NCBI GenBank assembly: GCA_042572045.1
Contig: JBHPFI010000002.1
Coordinates: 92,245-156,244 of the forward strand
Source of the DNA: Candidatus Omnitrophota bacterium
GTDB lineage: Bacteria; Omnitrophota; Gorgyraeia; Gorgyraeales; Gorgyraeaceae
Reading direction: 5' to 3'
Length of the DNA: 64,000 bases
Shown in pieces: positions 1 to 10,647 of the stretch (the first letter of the stretch is position 1; each line of letters begins with the position of its first letter). Below the pieces are notes generated by a model. That model was not told where the DNA came from. It worked only from the letters and a program-made list of their open reading frames with translations, and did no database searches. Made by a program: the position numbers and the translations under genes.

Positions 1-231
1 TGCCGGATAACCCGCTGTGATCTCTAGTTCTCCTCCTTCTAAAAATTTAAAAAACCTCTTGGCGTGTTCTTTTTCGTTTTCAGCTGTCTCCAGAAAAATA
101 GCGGCTATCTGTTCAAACCCTGCCTTTTTGGCCACTGATGCAAAATAAGTATACCGATTCCTTGCCTGAGACTCTCCTGCAAAAGAAGCCAAAAGATTTT
201 TCTCTGTTTTGGTCCCCTTTATAGACTTCAT
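1..231 (-). CDS. rbr: rubrerythrin (N-terminal 77 codons; 3' part runs off the window)
   Basis: Not in the ORF track because it is truncated. ATG at 231 with AGGAGG 7 nt upstream. Translation MKSIKGTKTEKNLLASFAGESQARNRYTYFASVAKKAGFEQIAAIFLETAENEKEHAKRFFKFLEGG fits the rubrerythrin diiron helices. Confidence 0.85.
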   Translation of the reverse strand, partial: MKSIKGTKTEKNLLASFAGESQARNRYTYFASVAKKAGFEQIAAIFLETAENEKEHAKRFFKFLEGGELEITAGYPA

Positions 232-261
232 CCATACCTCCTTTTTGTTTATGTAGACGCT

Positions 262-774
262 CTATTGCGTCGCTGGACTAATAACCGGCTGCGGACGGGT
301 TGCAAGCTCCTTATCAAGAAAAAGTATTCCTGCGGGCTGGCTGGATACATATTTAAGCTTTGCCAGGATATCCCCTGCGTTTTTCTCTTCTTCGACCTGC
401 TCATTAATAAACCACTGCAGAAATGTAAGGACAGCGTTGTCATTTGTATCCCTGGCCAGCGTATATAAGCTATTGATACTCGCTGTTACTTTTTTCTCAT
501 GCTCCAGGGTTTTTTGAAATACATCTTCGACTGACGTAAAATCTCCAGGCGGCTTATCAATGACCCCTAAAACAACTTTATGGCCACGCTCGTTCATGAA
601 ATCAAACAACTTCATTGCATGCAGTAACTCCTCCTGGACCTGCATCCTCATCCAATGGCTGAATCCCGAAAGGCTTTTGGATTCGAAATATCCTACCATC
701 GCAAGATAAAGGTATGATGAATAGAGCTCTTTCGTTATCTGTTCATTTATTGCCTTTTTTAATTTCTTGTCCAT
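262..774 (-). CDS. ferritin-like iron storage protein
   Basis: 170 aa. Ferroxidase-type helices (ELYSSYLYLAM, QVQEELLHA, NEQVEEE). Confidence 0.85.
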   Translation of the reverse strand: MDKKLKKAINEQITKELYSSYLYLAMVGYFESKSLSGFSHWMRMQVQEELLHAMKLFDFMNERGHKVVLGVIDKPPGDFTSVEDVFQKTLEHEKKVTASINSLYTLARDTNDNAVLTFLQWFINEQVEEEKNAGDILAKLKYVSSQPAGILFLDKELATRPQPVISPATQ

Positions 775-818
775 ACGGCTCTTCCTTTCCTTGTGCTGCG
801 GATACTATAAACATAATG

Positions 819-1523
819 TCAATATCCTATAAAATTCTCTATCTTTACCATGTCCTTATTGCACGCGGATGCTTCAAGGCATATATTCTGCATCGCCTTT
901 ACCATGACTGGCGGACCAAATATAAATATAGTGTGCTCCTTCGCGTCAGGCATATAATTCATCACCATATCTTTATCAATGTGCCCGACCTTATAATGCG
1001 CGTCTATCTCTTGACCTTTACTTAGGATATAGACGATCCGAAGATTAGGGCACTGTCCTTGCCAAGCATCCAGTTCTTTCTTGAAGGCAATATCTTCTAT
1101 TGAACGGTTCGAATATAACAGGCAGATATCTGTATTTATTTTTTTCTCTACAATGTATTCGATTATTGAGATGACAGGGGTTATGCCTATGCCTCCTATC
1201 AGAAAAGCGATCTTACCATTATCCTCTCGGAACACGCAATTTCCCATGGGAGCGCTGAAGGAGACCTCATCTCCTTTTCTTAGACCATCCAGGCGCTTGG
1301 AAAATTCACTTTCTGAAAGCCTTTTTGTTACTTCAATATAGCCCTTACCCGGAGCGCACGAAAAAGAAAGATACTTATTTAAATCGCGGTTGGCGTTCTT
1401 TTCTTCATCAAAAATAATCCGGGTAAATTGTCCTGGCAGGAAATCAACCTTCTCTCTACACGTAAACCTGAAACTCTTAATAGTCCCGGTTCTTTTTATT
1501 GCCTCAATAAATCTTGCCTTCAT
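819..1523 (-). CDS. FAD/NAD(P)-binding oxidoreductase (ferredoxin-NADP reductase fold)
   Basis: 234 aa. FAD-binding beta-barrel followed by a GGIGITP nucleotide loop. Confidence 0.75.
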   Translation of the reverse strand: MKARFIEAIKRTGTIKSFRFTCREKVDFLPGQFTRIIFDEEKNANRDLNKYLSFSCAPGKGYIEVTKRLSESEFSKRLDGLRKGDEVSFSAPMGNCVFREDNGKIAFLIGGIGITPVISIIEYIVEKKINTDICLLYSNRSIEDIAFKKELDAWQGQCPNLRIVYILSKGQEIDAHYKVGHIDKDMVMNYMPDAKEHTIFIFGPPVMVKAMQNICLEASACNKDMVKIENFIGY

Positions 1524-1540
1524 AAGTTTATATCAAAACC

Positions 1541-2011
1541 TTATCCGGTACTCTCTTTTAAAGGCGGGGACAAATCAATAATATCCGTTACATCTATTTC
1601 AATGACATATTTTGGTTTGGATGGAAGCTCTGCCTCAAAATGTGACTTTGACTTTGTGCTGGCCTGGATATTTTTGATCATCCGCGTTGAAATCCTTTTC
1701 AGTATACGCCTTTCCCACTCTGCGACAATATGTCCATGGATCTCTTTTCTGGGGATAAGCCTTGCGTGTCCCTGCAGTGTATACCCTTGGAACTTATGTT
1801 CGTCAACTGCGGTTATGCTTATCGTCTGGTTATTTCTTAAATTATTAAACGTCTCATGCGTATATAAATCTATTAGAAAAACCTTGCCCTTTTGTTCTAT
1901 GCCTACGATGCCCTTCACCGCACAGTGTATCTTTCCTTCGGCATTAAGCGTTGAGACGATAACGACTTTTTTTTCTTCCAGAAAATGTATAACCCTTTGC
2001 GACAACTTCAT
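1541..2011 (-). CDS. pyridoxamine-5'-phosphate-oxidase-like FMN-binding protein
   Basis: 156 aa. The split-barrel family is recognised only by overall pattern. It sits in a redox-stress operon. Confidence 0.55.
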   Translation of the reverse strand: MKLSQRVIHFLEEKKVVIVSTLNAEGKIHCAVKGIVGIEQKGKVFLIDLYTHETFNNLRNNQTISITAVDEHKFQGYTLQGHARLIPRKEIHGHIVAEWERRILKRISTRMIKNIQASTKSKSHFEAELPSKPKYVIEIDVTDIIDLSPPLKESTG

Positions 2012-2021
2012 ATATTAAGCT

Positions 2022-3197
2022 TTATTTCATCACCTTTTTAACTGCCGGCAGCAAATCTTCCAACTCTATCAATTCATCCTCATCAGGAACGAATTGTATA
2101 TATACGCCTTCTTTTAATAACTCAAAACCTGCTTCCTCCAATGATTGCTCAAACTCTTTGAATCCGATAGTTGACCATCCATAGGAACCAAAAGGGAGGA
2201 CATGTCTACCTTTAGGTTTAAGGCCTTTCAAATACATGATCAAACTCGCCACGCTCGGCAGAATACGGTTATTTAAAATAGGGCTTCCTACGAGTACCAC
2301 CTTGGAAGATAAAATCTCAGCGACAATGTCAGAAATATGCGTCTTTTGCAAATTTATAAGCTTTACCGGAATATGTTCGGCATCTATTAATCTGTATAAA
2401 TTACGCGCTATCTTTTCCGTTGAATGCCACATCGTATCATATACTATGAGGGCCTTATTATCTGTCTGGTGACTTGCCCATTTCTTATATAAACGCGCTA
2501 TTTTTTCAATATCTTCCTTCCTGCGCCAGATAAGGCCGTGGGAAGGGCAAATCGTATCGATAGTCAAGCTCGAGACCGCTTCAAGCGCCCGCAGTACCTG
2601 TGACCCATATGGCATTACAATGTTCGCATAGTATTTTGCTGCTTCTTGATAAATAATATCCAAGCTACGTTCATCGCTGAAACGCTCCGAAGATGCATAA
2701 TGCTGTCCAAACGCATCATTTGAAAATAAGATACTATCCTTTTCAGAATACGTCACCATGTTATCAGGCCAATGCACCATAGGCGTAAGAGAGAAGCTGA
2801 GTTTACGCTCTCCTATTTCAAGAGTATCTCCGGTATTTACGACTTTAAACTCCCATTCCTTTTTGAAATGCCGCTTTAAATGTTCTTTTCCCTTTGGCGA
2901 ACACACGACCTCTGCGTCAGGGCAGTATTCAAGCAATCTGTCAATAGTGCCTGAATGATCCATTTCCGTATGGTTGGATATGATATACCGGATCTCGGAA
3001 GGGTCTATGATCTCATTGATCCTGTTGAGCATTTCATCAAACCCGTAATCTTTTACAGTATCTATAAGGGTGGGCTTCTCGTCTATAATAAGATAGGAGT
3101 TATATGTAGAGCCATAAGGCGTAGAATATCCATGGAAATTCCGTAAATCCCAATCAATAAAACCTGTCCAGTAAATATCATGCTTTATCTTGTACAT
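2022..3197 (-). CDS. fprA: flavodiiron protein (O2/NO reductase type)
   Basis: 391 aa. Metallo-beta-lactamase-like diiron motif HTEMDHSG plus a C-terminal flavodoxin domain. Confidence 0.9.
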   Translation of the reverse strand: MYKIKHDIYWTGFIDWDLRNFHGYSTPYGSTYNSYLIIDEKPTLIDTVKDYGFDEMLNRINEIIDPSEIRYIISNHTEMDHSGTIDRLLEYCPDAEVVCSPKGKEHLKRHFKKEWEFKVVNTGDTLEIGERKLSFSLTPMVHWPDNMVTYSEKDSILFSNDAFGQHYASSERFSDERSLDIIYQEAAKYYANIVMPYGSQVLRALEAVSSLTIDTICPSHGLIWRRKEDIEKIARLYKKWASHQTDNKALIVYDTMWHSTEKIARNLYRLIDAEHIPVKLINLQKTHISDIVAEILSSKVVLVGSPILNNRILPSVASLIMYLKGLKPKGRHVLPFGSYGWSTIGFKEFEQSLEEAGFELLKEGVYIQFVPDEDELIELEDLLPAVKKVMK

Positions 3198-3220
3198 GAG
3201 GGCAGTACTCCATTATTGCA

Positions 3221-3361
3221 CTATGCTACTTTTTCAAACTGGTCTTTCCCAACCCCGCATTCAGGGCACACCCAATCGTCAGGCAAATCATTAAAGGAAA
3301 CATTGTTATTCTCTGCAGGGTCATATATATACCCGCATACCAGACACTTCCACTTGTCCAT
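3221..3361 (-). CDS. rubredoxin
   Basis: 46 aa from the internal ATG at 3361 (AGGGG RBS). Two CxxC knuckles (CLVCGY, CPECG). The 77-aa ORF-track N-extension is rejected. Confidence 0.9.
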   Translation of the reverse strand: MDKWKCLVCGYIYDPAENNNVSFNDLPDDWVCPECGVGKDQFEKVA

Positions 3362-3503
3362 TATAGTCCCCTTTCTTTTTACCATCAACAAGAATAAAGG
3401 CAGTTTAATGTCTTGCCCAGGACCAGATACTGCAGCCTTCTTTACAATGCGCAACAGGACGAAGCATAAATCTTATAGCTATATTCATATAGGTCACCTC
3501 CTT

Positions 3504-5144
3504 TTAAGTTTTAGCGATAACTTCTTCACCAGCCATCATTGCTTGTACATCATCTTTTACATTAGTTATCGGCTTAATGTTGAACTTCTCAACAAGCACC
3601 TTTACTACATTAGGCGACAAAAATGCCGGCAGAGTCGGCCCCAGTCTGATCCCTTTTATGCCCAAGAAAAGCACTGCCAATAAAACCGCGACTGCCTTTT
3701 GTTCATACCACGCAATATCAAACGATATAGGCAATTTATTTATATCATCAAGCCCGAATACCTCCTTTAATTTCAGCGCTATGACTGCGAGGGAATAGCA
3801 ATCATTACACTGCCCGGCATCAAGCACGCGCGGGATCCCCCCTATATCGCCAAGATTCAGCTTGTTGTATCTATACTTTGCGCACCCCGCTGTCAGGATA
3901 ACTGCATCCTTTGGCAAACTCTCAGCAACATCTGTAAAGTAATTCCTTGACGGGTGCCTGCCGTCACAGCCAGCCATAACAATAAACCGCTTAATGGCCC
4001 CGGATTTTACTGCCTCAACGACTTTATCAGCCAATGCCAAAACCTGATTATGCGCGAATCCGCCTACGATCTCTCCGGTTTCGATTTCTTTAGGAGACGG
4101 GCATGTCTTTGCCAATTTAATGATCTCTGAAAAATCCTTTGCGCTATTTTCTTTCCTGTCAGGGATATGCTTTACCCCGGGATATCCTGCCATGCCTGTT
4201 GTGAAGATCCTGTTTTTATAAGAATCCTTTACTGGAACGATGCAGTTTGTAGTCATTAAAATCGGGCCGTTAAAAGACTCAAATTCCTGATTCTGCTTCC
4301 ACCACGAACTACCGTAATTTCCTGCAAAATGTTTATATTTCTTAAACGCGGGGTAGTAATTCGCCGGAAGCATCTCGCTATGAGTATATACATCAACCCC
4401 TGAGTGTTCGGTTTGTTTAAGCAGTTCTTCCATATCCTTAAGGTCATGGCCTGATATAAGGATGCCCGGGTTATTGCGCACACCTATATTTACCTTTGTG
4501 ATCTCAGGATTGCCGTATGACTTGGTATTTGCCTCATCAAGGAGGGCCATGGTACTAACAGCTGTTTCACCTGTTTTTAAGACGAGCCCGACCAACTCGT
4601 CTACTGACAAATCTTCAGTCGTTGCTGAAAGAGCATTTACTATAAAATCGTAGATTTCCTGCTTTTGGTAACCCAATACCGCCGCATGGTCAGAATATGC
4701 AGCAATGCCCTTTATCCCGTAAGTTATTAGCTGCCGTAAAGACCTTATGTCTTGGTCCTCTGTTGAAGCTACGCCAACCTCCTTTGCTTTTTCATGGAAC
4801 GCATTAATATCATCAGCATACCATGTAACGGCATCGTGCAATTTTTCGTTGCCCATTATACCGCTTTTCTTCTTGATGTCTTCTTTGATATTAAGGCCTT
4901 CGCGAATCAACACAGTAAACCTTTCATCATTAAAATTAGCATTTGTAATCGTTGCAAAGAGCGACTGCGTAATAAATAACCCTACATTCTTGTCTACGCC
5001 TCTTTTTTTAGCAACGATCGCTATTCCTTTTAGAACGTAAATCAGTAGATCTTGCAGATTCGCTGTCTTTTCCTTTTTCCCGCACGCACCAGTTTTAGTG
5101 CATCCTGTGTTCTTGATCGTCTCCTGACACTGATAACAAAACAT
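3504..5144 (-). CDS. hcp: hybrid-cluster protein / hydroxylamine reductase
   Basis: Start moved to MFCYQCQET (ATG 5144, GGAGA RBS). N-terminal Cys cluster CxxC-x8-C-x5-C. 547 aa. Confidence 0.9.
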   Translation of the reverse strand: MFCYQCQETIKNTGCTKTGACGKKEKTANLQDLLIYVLKGIAIVAKKRGVDKNVGLFITQSLFATITNANFNDERFTVLIREGLNIKEDIKKKSGIMGNEKLHDAVTWYADDINAFHEKAKEVGVASTEDQDIRSLRQLITYGIKGIAAYSDHAAVLGYQKQEIYDFIVNALSATTEDLSVDELVGLVLKTGETAVSTMALLDEANTKSYGNPEITKVNIGVRNNPGILISGHDLKDMEELLKQTEHSGVDVYTHSEMLPANYYPAFKKYKHFAGNYGSSWWKQNQEFESFNGPILMTTNCIVPVKDSYKNRIFTTGMAGYPGVKHIPDRKENSAKDFSEIIKLAKTCPSPKEIETGEIVGGFAHNQVLALADKVVEAVKSGAIKRFIVMAGCDGRHPSRNYFTDVAESLPKDAVILTAGCAKYRYNKLNLGDIGGIPRVLDAGQCNDCYSLAVIALKLKEVFGLDDINKLPISFDIAWYEQKAVAVLLAVLFLGIKGIRLGPTLPAFLSPNVVKVLVEKFNIKPITNVKDDVQAMMAGEEVIAKT

Positions 5145-5145
5145 A

Positions 5146-5397
5146 CTAGCTCTCCTTTCCATTTTTATGTTTTTTGTATTTTTTAAACTTTTCAAGACCA
5201 ATGCATTCTTTTGCCATGCTGCACCAGTCAAGGCAAGACTGAGGCATGTTTCTGTCTACCCTTTTTTTGCACTGCGGGCATACGGTCTCTGTCTCGTCAG
5301 ACCATATTTCTACCTCCTTGCCGCACATACATTTAATATTCTCAGGAAAAGGCTCTCTTATCCTCTTAGAGCCCGGGCATCCGTCAAAAAAGCTCAT
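5146..5397 (-). CDS. small Cys-rich zinc-ribbon protein, function unknown
   Basis: 83 aa with CMCG...CPQC plus further Cys residues. Tightly packed between the ferredoxin-domain gene and hcp. Confidence 0.55.
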   Translation of the reverse strand: MSFFDGCPGSKRIREPFPENIKCMCGKEVEIWSDETETVCPQCKKRVDRNMPQSCLDWCSMAKECIGLEKFKKYKKHKNGKES

Positions 5398-6110
5398 TTG
5401 AGGTCTCCTTTAATACCTATGGTAACTTCCTTAAGGGGCATCTTCTTTCCGGACAACCTCAAGGCTTCATTAACGATCTGCATAAGCCCGAAACAGCAAG
5501 GCACCTCCATATGGACTACTGTTATACTCTTTATACTGTTCACCTTGAATATTTCTGTTAGCTTTTCCTCGTATATCGTAGCTGCGTCAAGCTTCGGGCA
5601 TCCTATCACAAGCGCCTTACCTCTTAACAAATCCTGGTGAAAATCAGGGTATGAAAATGGAACGCAATCAGCAGCTATCAATAAATCAGCATCCTTTAAA
5701 TATGGGGCCTCTGTGGGTACAAGCATCAGCTGCACAGGCCAATTGATAAGCTCGGATTCGCTCTTCTTGCGTATTCCGCCCTTGGTAGCGGATGGACCAT
5801 CTTTTTTAAGGGTCTTGACCGCTGTGCCGGGACAGCCGCATGGCAATTCCTTTTTTTTCTTGTTTTTTAATTCCTCTAGATGTTTTTCTGTTGCTTTCTC
5901 GTTAAAGGCGTCGGCCTCTCTTTCTTCTATAGTTATTGCGCCTTCTGGACAATGGCCAAGACAGGCCCCCAGCCCATCGCAATAAATCTCCTTCGCGAGC
6001 CTTGCCTTTCCGTCTATTATCTGAAGGGCCCCTTCTGCGCAATTAGGGACACAAAGTCCGCATCCATTACATTTTCCTTCATCAATCTTTACGATTTTTC
6101 TTTTTGCCAT
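5394..6110 (-). CDS. 4Fe-4S dicluster domain protein (hcp-associated)
   Basis: 238 aa. Motifs CNGCGLCVPNC and CDGLGACLGHCP. Confidence 0.75.
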   Translation of the reverse strand: MAKRKIVKIDEGKCNGCGLCVPNCAEGALQIIDGKARLAKEIYCDGLGACLGHCPEGAITIEEREADAFNEKATEKHLEELKNKKKKELPCGCPGTAVKTLKKDGPSATKGGIRKKSESELINWPVQLMLVPTEAPYLKDADLLIAADCVPFSYPDFHQDLLRGKALVIGCPKLDAATIYEEKLTEIFKVNSIKSITVVHMEVPCCFGLMQIVNEALRLSGKKMPLKEVTIGIKGDLK

Positions 6111-6121
6111 GCGCTTTCTCC

Positions 6122-6523
6122 TTACTTATGCAACAATGACGCTATAGTGATCGATTTAAGCCTTTTAGTCACATACTGCTCAACGTTATCTATTTCTCTT
6201 TTAAGCGGGCATACCTTTATATTAGGGCAAATACTCTTTTTTAGAAAACACTCGTTTAATTTCAATCTCCCCTGAAATATTCTAATCAAATCAACTAAAA
6301 ATATTCCTTTTGCTTTTTTCCCTAATGTAAAACCTCCGCCCTGGCCTTTATGTGAAATCAATAGTTCTTTTTTATTTAAAATCTGCAGTATCTTTCTTAA
6401 AAAGGCCCGTGGGATTTTAAGCTCTTTTACAAGATCAGTGACAGAAATCCTTCTTTCCTCACTCTTGGCAATATAGCAAAGCGCCCTAACCGCGTAATCC
6501 GTATCTCTTGTTATCAGCTTCAT
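6122..6523 (-). CDS. Rrf2-family transcriptional regulator
   Basis: 133 aa. N-terminal wHTH signature TDYAVRALCYIA...ISVTDL. Confidence 0.85.
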   Translation of the reverse strand: MKLITRDTDYAVRALCYIAKSEERRISVTDLVKELKIPRAFLRKILQILNKKELLISHKGQGGGFTLGKKAKGIFLVDLIRIFQGRLKLNECFLKKSICPNIKVCPLKREIDNVEQYVTKRLKSITIASLLHK

Positions 6524-6538
6524 ATTCTGACCTCAATT

Positions 6539-6565
6539 CAAATGATACCATATCAGTATCATTTG
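6539..6565. promoter_or_regulatory. candidate Rrf2 operator overlapping the operon promoter
   Basis: Perfect inverted repeat CAAATGATAC-N7-GTATCATTTG. On the minus strand TTGACA (6564-6569) -N16- TATCAT (6542-6547) brackets it. Confidence 0.6.
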
Positions 6566-6614
6566 TCAAGGAGAATTTTTATTTTTTTTATTCCATATTC
6601 TCCTTATTCTAACT

Positions 6615-6651
6615 CGTTTGACACTTTCATCATTGACTGATTTGTCAAGTT
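6615..6651 (-). repeat. 37-bp nested TTGACA palindrome element, copy 1
   Basis: cgTTTGACACTTTcaTCATTGACTGATTTGTCAAGTT, about 32/37 match to copy 2. The acr3 stop codon overlaps its last 2 nt. It lies 92 nt upstream of the Rrf2 start. Confidence 0.8.
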
Positions 6652-7720
6652 AGGGATATGAAAATAGATGCTTGGTCTTTAAGCAGACCCTTACCAGCAT
6701 AAGCATGACCGGCACCTCGATCAACACGCCTACCACAGTTGCCAAAGATGCGCCTGAAGACAGGCCAAAAAGGAGTACTGATGTAGCTATTGCTACTTCA
6801 AAATGATTACTTGCCCCGATAAGGGCAGACGGGGCAGCGTCTTTATAGGGAAGTTTTAACCACCGAGCCAGGATATACGTCAAGGCAAATATCAGACAGG
6901 TCTGGATAAAAAGCGGAATTGCGATTAAAAAGATTGTTTGCGGCTCTCGAATAATCAACTCTCCCTTAAAGGAAAATAATAGAATAAGCGTAAAAAGTAA
7001 CGCCGTAATGGAAATCGGCGTCAAGCGATGTAAAAATTTCTCCTTAAACCACTTAATCCCCTTTTTAGCAAGTATCCTTTTCCGCGTATGATATCCTAAA
7101 AGAAGAGGTAGCCCTACATATATCAAGACAGATAAAAGTATTGTCTGCCAGGGAATGGGCATCTTATTAACCCCTAATAACCACCCACCTAAAGGGGCAT
7201 ACAGAAACAGCATGGTTAAAGAATTTATCGCTACCATCACGAGCGTATGGCCGTCGTTACCCTTGGATAAATGTCCCCAGACAAGGACCATGGCCGTACA
7301 GGGCGCTATTCCAAGCAATATGCAGCCGGAAATATACGACCTGTATAATTCTACCTGTGCGCCGCCCTTGACAATCTCAAATCCGGGAAGCAGGCCCTTA
7401 AATAACACGCCAAGAAACAATGTGGATATGGCAAGCATGGAGAATGGCTTAATACACCAGTTTACAAACAAGGTAAGCATAACAGGCTTCGGGGTCTTTC
7501 CTGCCTTGACAACCTCGGAAAAATCGATCTTTACCATAATCGGGTACATCATAAAAAAGAGGCATATCGCAATCGGAACCGAAACTTGATAAAAAGAGAA
7601 TTTATCTAATGTAAGCGCGACCCCTGGGAAAAGCTTGCCCAATAAAATCCCCAGACCTATACAGACAATTACCCATAGCGTTAAGTATTTCTCAAAAAAG
7701 CCTAAATTTCGCTCTTCCAT
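6650..7720 (-). CDS. acr3: arsenite efflux transporter, ACR3 family
   Basis: About 356 aa and 10 TM. ATG at 7720 is preferred over GTG at 7723 (GGAGAGG RBS). It forms a TGATG overlap with the upstream GIY-YIG gene. Confidence 0.85.
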   Translation of the reverse strand: MEERNLGFFEKYLTLWVIVCIGLGILLGKLFPGVALTLDKFSFYQVSVPIAICLFFMMYPIMVKIDFSEVVKAGKTPKPVMLTLFVNWCIKPFSMLAISTLFLGVLFKGLLPGFEIVKGGAQVELYRSYISGCILLGIAPCTAMVLVWGHLSKGNDGHTLVMVAINSLTMLFLYAPLGGWLLGVNKMPIPWQTILLSVLIYVGLPLLLGYHTRKRILAKKGIKWFKEKFLHRLTPISITALLFTLILLFSFKGELIIREPQTIFLIAIPLFIQTCLIFALTYILARWLKLPYKDAAPSALIGASNHFEVAIATSVLLFGLSSGASLATVVGVLIEVPVMLMLVRVCLKTKHLFSYP

Positions 7721-7977
7721 CACCCTCTCCTTTTTGTGTTGCAGGAAAATAGAGTAACCTTTTTATTTTTAGTCCAACTTTTAATCTGGGCTTCTCTTTT
7801 TTGGGCCTTGGATCTATTTGTGTAGTTTTCTTTATAAAGCAGCCTGACTGGTCGGCGGATTCGAGTATAGCTTCCGCCATCACCAGAATTATGTTCTTTT
7901 ATTCTACGATGTATATCAGTAGTGCTGCCCGTGTAAAGACTGCCGTCTCGGCAGCGGATTATGTAGACGTACCACAT
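7720..7977 (-). CDS. GIY-YIG nuclease-domain protein (small stand-alone type)
   Basis: 85 aa. [23 protein letters not shown] matches the GIY-x10-YIG pattern. Confidence 0.8.
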   Translation of the reverse strand: MWYVYIIRCRDGSLYTGSTTDIHRRIKEHNSGDGGSYTRIRRPVRLLYKENYTNRSKAQKREAQIKSWTKNKKVTLFSCNTKRRG

Positions 7978-8104
7978 GTCTTGTCCTTATTTATGGTGGT
8001 TTGACGCGCTCCTCGCTTCGTTCGTCACTTTCTCACGTCGAGGGAATATCTTCACCCTATTATCTCTTCGATGGCTCGTGACAGCTCCAACCTTTGAAGA
8101 TTAG

Positions 8105-10042
8105 CTAAAACATTGTTTTTACGCTAAACAAAATTGTCCTCCCCGAGAGAGGATAACCTTCCTCTTCTTGGTAATTTCTATCAAAGATATTTTCTATTGA
8201 GATACTGCCTTTCCAATGTTTGAGAAAGTTTTGAGAGAGTTTTGTATTCCAGACAAAATATCCGCCTAACTCATGCTGAACATTACTGCTATCGTAATAG
8301 TGACGTCTTCCAGTATATGCACCCAGAAGATCAAAGGATAGGCCAAAATCTGTAATACAGCTAAAATCAATATCGAGTTTATGCTTAGGGACATAAGGAA
8401 GCTCTTCTTCGGTCCTTCCTAAAAAGGATGGATCCTTGTCACTGGCATCAAGGTAGGTATGCGTTAATCTTCCGGAAAGATATTCGCCTATTTTTGTATA
8501 GATGCTGGTTTCAAACCCCTTAAATATTGACTTGGAGATATTTAAATATTGATCATTCCTGCTTGCCCGGTCTATCAGATCCTTTACATCATTATAGAAA
8601 TAACTCCACTCAAGAGTTGCCTTTTTTCTAAAATCACATCTTATACCTGCCTCGTAATTCACATTCTCCTGCTCCTTAAGATTGGGGTTGCCGGATGTAT
8701 TACTAAACACTTGATTCATCGTAGGAAAACGGGTCCTTTTTGATACTGAAGAATAAATCGAGATCTCTGGATTTAAAAGATATTCAAGGGAAAACATCGG
8801 ATTAAAAGAATCAACGGAACTCCCTTTTTGATTAGTAGCAGTCTTTATCTGATCAAACAGATCATAGCTCATACCTACTAAAAAAGACAAGCTCTCGTTA
8901 ATATCAATGGTGTCCTCAAGGCCAAAGGAATAGGTGTGTATTGAATAGGTCTCCCACGGCTCATCAGAATCGTCTTGCTCTCTATGTACATCTCTTTTGA
9001 AATTAACCGAACTCTTTAAGGAATGTACCTCGCCAGGAGTGAAGCCGAAGTATATACTCCCCCCCATCGCATACTCATCATAAATGCTTGTCCAGGAGGA
9101 ACCAGCATTTTGAGTTGTATATGTATTATCATCATATGCGTTTATCGTATTATCATATTTATCATAATAGACCCTGCCTTTAGCCGAAAGACTCTCTGTT
9201 ATATTGAATTCATCAGCGAGAGCGACCATCCACCTCTTCCATTCTGTAAAACGCCAATATCTTGGATTAGTGGAAGAAACATCAGGTGGAATCCCTTTCT
9301 TATTATCAATATAATTAAAAAACACAGTGGGGTCATGCCTTTCCAAGCCATCTAATCCCAACTTAAAAGACAAGGCGTCTTTTTCATAGAAACTGTTATC
9401 ACGAAGACCCCCATCTTCGTTAGGCATTGCCTCAAACTCCTTGCTTAACTCGAATCCATCCGACTCCCTATGGCTGCCTGAAAAGTACAAGCTAAGATTT
9501 TCAGTCCTAGCCCCGGTATTTAATACATAATGCTCTGTGTCCCGGTCTGAAAACTCACCACTTAACTCTACATGAGGACTCTTGCCAGGCTTTTTTGTAA
9601 CAATATTAATCACGCCCCCCATGGTGTTGGCGCCATAGAGAGGCGAGATAGAATTCTTGATAACCTTGATCTTTGAAACATTTTCTACAGGTATCTGATC
9701 TAGGTCTACGTAACCGAAGAATGGACTTGCTATCGGAATCCCATCCAATAAAATAAGCACCTTGTCCTGATTAAAACCCCTGATCTTAACATAGGGCTCA
9801 TTCTTTGGACCTACTGTAACCCTTACGCCAGGAATAAAATCTAGCGCCTGGTCTACTGTTTGCGCATTCTTTGATTCTATATCTTGAGAAGTAACTTCAG
9901 TGATATAAGGGACGCCAAGACCCTCCTGATCACCGGAAATCACTATCTCTCCTAAATCAAAAACAGTTTCTTCTTCAGCTAAAGAAGAAACCGGTAATAA
10001 AAAAATGAAAATTAGCGCAAAGAAGATTTTTCTTAGAACCAT
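8105..10042 (-). CDS. TonB-dependent outer-membrane receptor
   Basis: 645 aa with a signal peptide, a plug domain (DGIPI..) and a terminal aromatic residue F. Confidence 0.85.
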   Translation of the reverse strand: MVLRKIFFALIFIFLLPVSSLAEEETVFDLGEIVISGDQEGLGVPYITEVTSQDIESKNAQTVDQALDFIPGVRVTVGPKNEPYVKIRGFNQDKVLILLDGIPIASPFFGYVDLDQIPVENVSKIKVIKNSISPLYGANTMGGVINIVTKKPGKSPHVELSGEFSDRDTEHYVLNTGARTENLSLYFSGSHRESDGFELSKEFEAMPNEDGGLRDNSFYEKDALSFKLGLDGLERHDPTVFFNYIDNKKGIPPDVSSTNPRYWRFTEWKRWMVALADEFNITESLSAKGRVYYDKYDNTINAYDDNTYTTQNAGSSWTSIYDEYAMGGSIYFGFTPGEVHSLKSSVNFKRDVHREQDDSDEPWETYSIHTYSFGLEDTIDINESLSFLVGMSYDLFDQIKTATNQKGSSVDSFNPMFSLEYLLNPEISIYSSVSKRTRFPTMNQVFSNTSGNPNLKEQENVNYEAGIRCDFRKKATLEWSYFYNDVKDLIDRASRNDQYLNISKSIFKGFETSIYTKIGEYLSGRLTHTYLDASDKDPSFLGRTEEELPYVPKHKLDIDFSCITDFGLSFDLLGAYTGRRHYYDSSNVQHELGGYFVWNTKLSQNFLKHWKGSISIENIFDRNYQEEEGYPLSGRTILFSVKTMF

Positions 10043-10647
10043 CTAGCTATAGCTAAAAACCAAAGAGTAAGCGTGACAAAAGATACGCTACCAGTTGCTA
10101 TCCTTGACTTAAATTCAAAGGGATTGACCATCCCCTTCTTAAGCAACTGGCCAAAATAAAAAGCGAGAGGGACTACTACAAAATTGCCCAATGCAGCCAA
10201 AGAACCGCTTATCCCTACATAACGAACGACCTTTGGAAGCCCTTCTTGAATCCAGTAATGATAACGGAACAGATAGGTAATCGTTAACGCGAAGAGCATA
10301 TATCCTAAGTAAGTAGCGATTAAGCCGATAATGGCCCTATTCTTGATCTTTGAAAAATTCAGGACTAAATCATAAGAGAGGCCTAAAAGAAAAATACCCA
10401 AAAGATGGCAGGCAAAAAAGGGTGTATTCAAGAATTTGTAAAGCATAGCTATAGAGCCAATAAACGTAGCCGACCACCTATAAGGCAGATAGATTCTTGC
10501 AATAGTCAGAATCATAAAGGCAATGAGAGTCAGAGGAACTGATGCGCTATGAGTGGGGACACTATACAAAAATCCGCCCAGCGAGGCTTCGCAAGCGCCC
10601 CAAAGACTACCAAAAAACAAGATCCCCAATAAATAAGCCTTTTTCAT
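10033..10647 (-). CDS. integral membrane protein, unknown function
   Basis: 204 aa, about 6 TM. Overlaps the receptor start by 10 nt and mobB by 4 nt. Confidence 0.5.
   Translation of the reverse strand: MKKAYLLGILFFGSLWGACEASLGGFLYSVPTHSASVPLTLIAFMILTIARIYLPYRWSATFIGSIAMLYKFLNTPFFACHLLGIFLLGLSYDLVLNFSKIKNRAIIGLIATYLGYMLFALTITYLFRYHYWIQEGLPKVVRYVGISGSLAALGNFVVVPLAFYFGQLLKKGMVNPFEFKSRIATGSVSFVTLTLWFLAIARWF

Noticed and set aside
3362-5231. Long N-terminal extensions in the ORF track for rubredoxin (to 3454) and Hcp (to 5231), and similarly for mobB (to 11225).
   Set aside because: Internal ATGs have proper RBSs and give canonical family N-termini (MDKWKC, MFCYQCQ, MKTRPF). The extensions overlap upstream genes or spacers.
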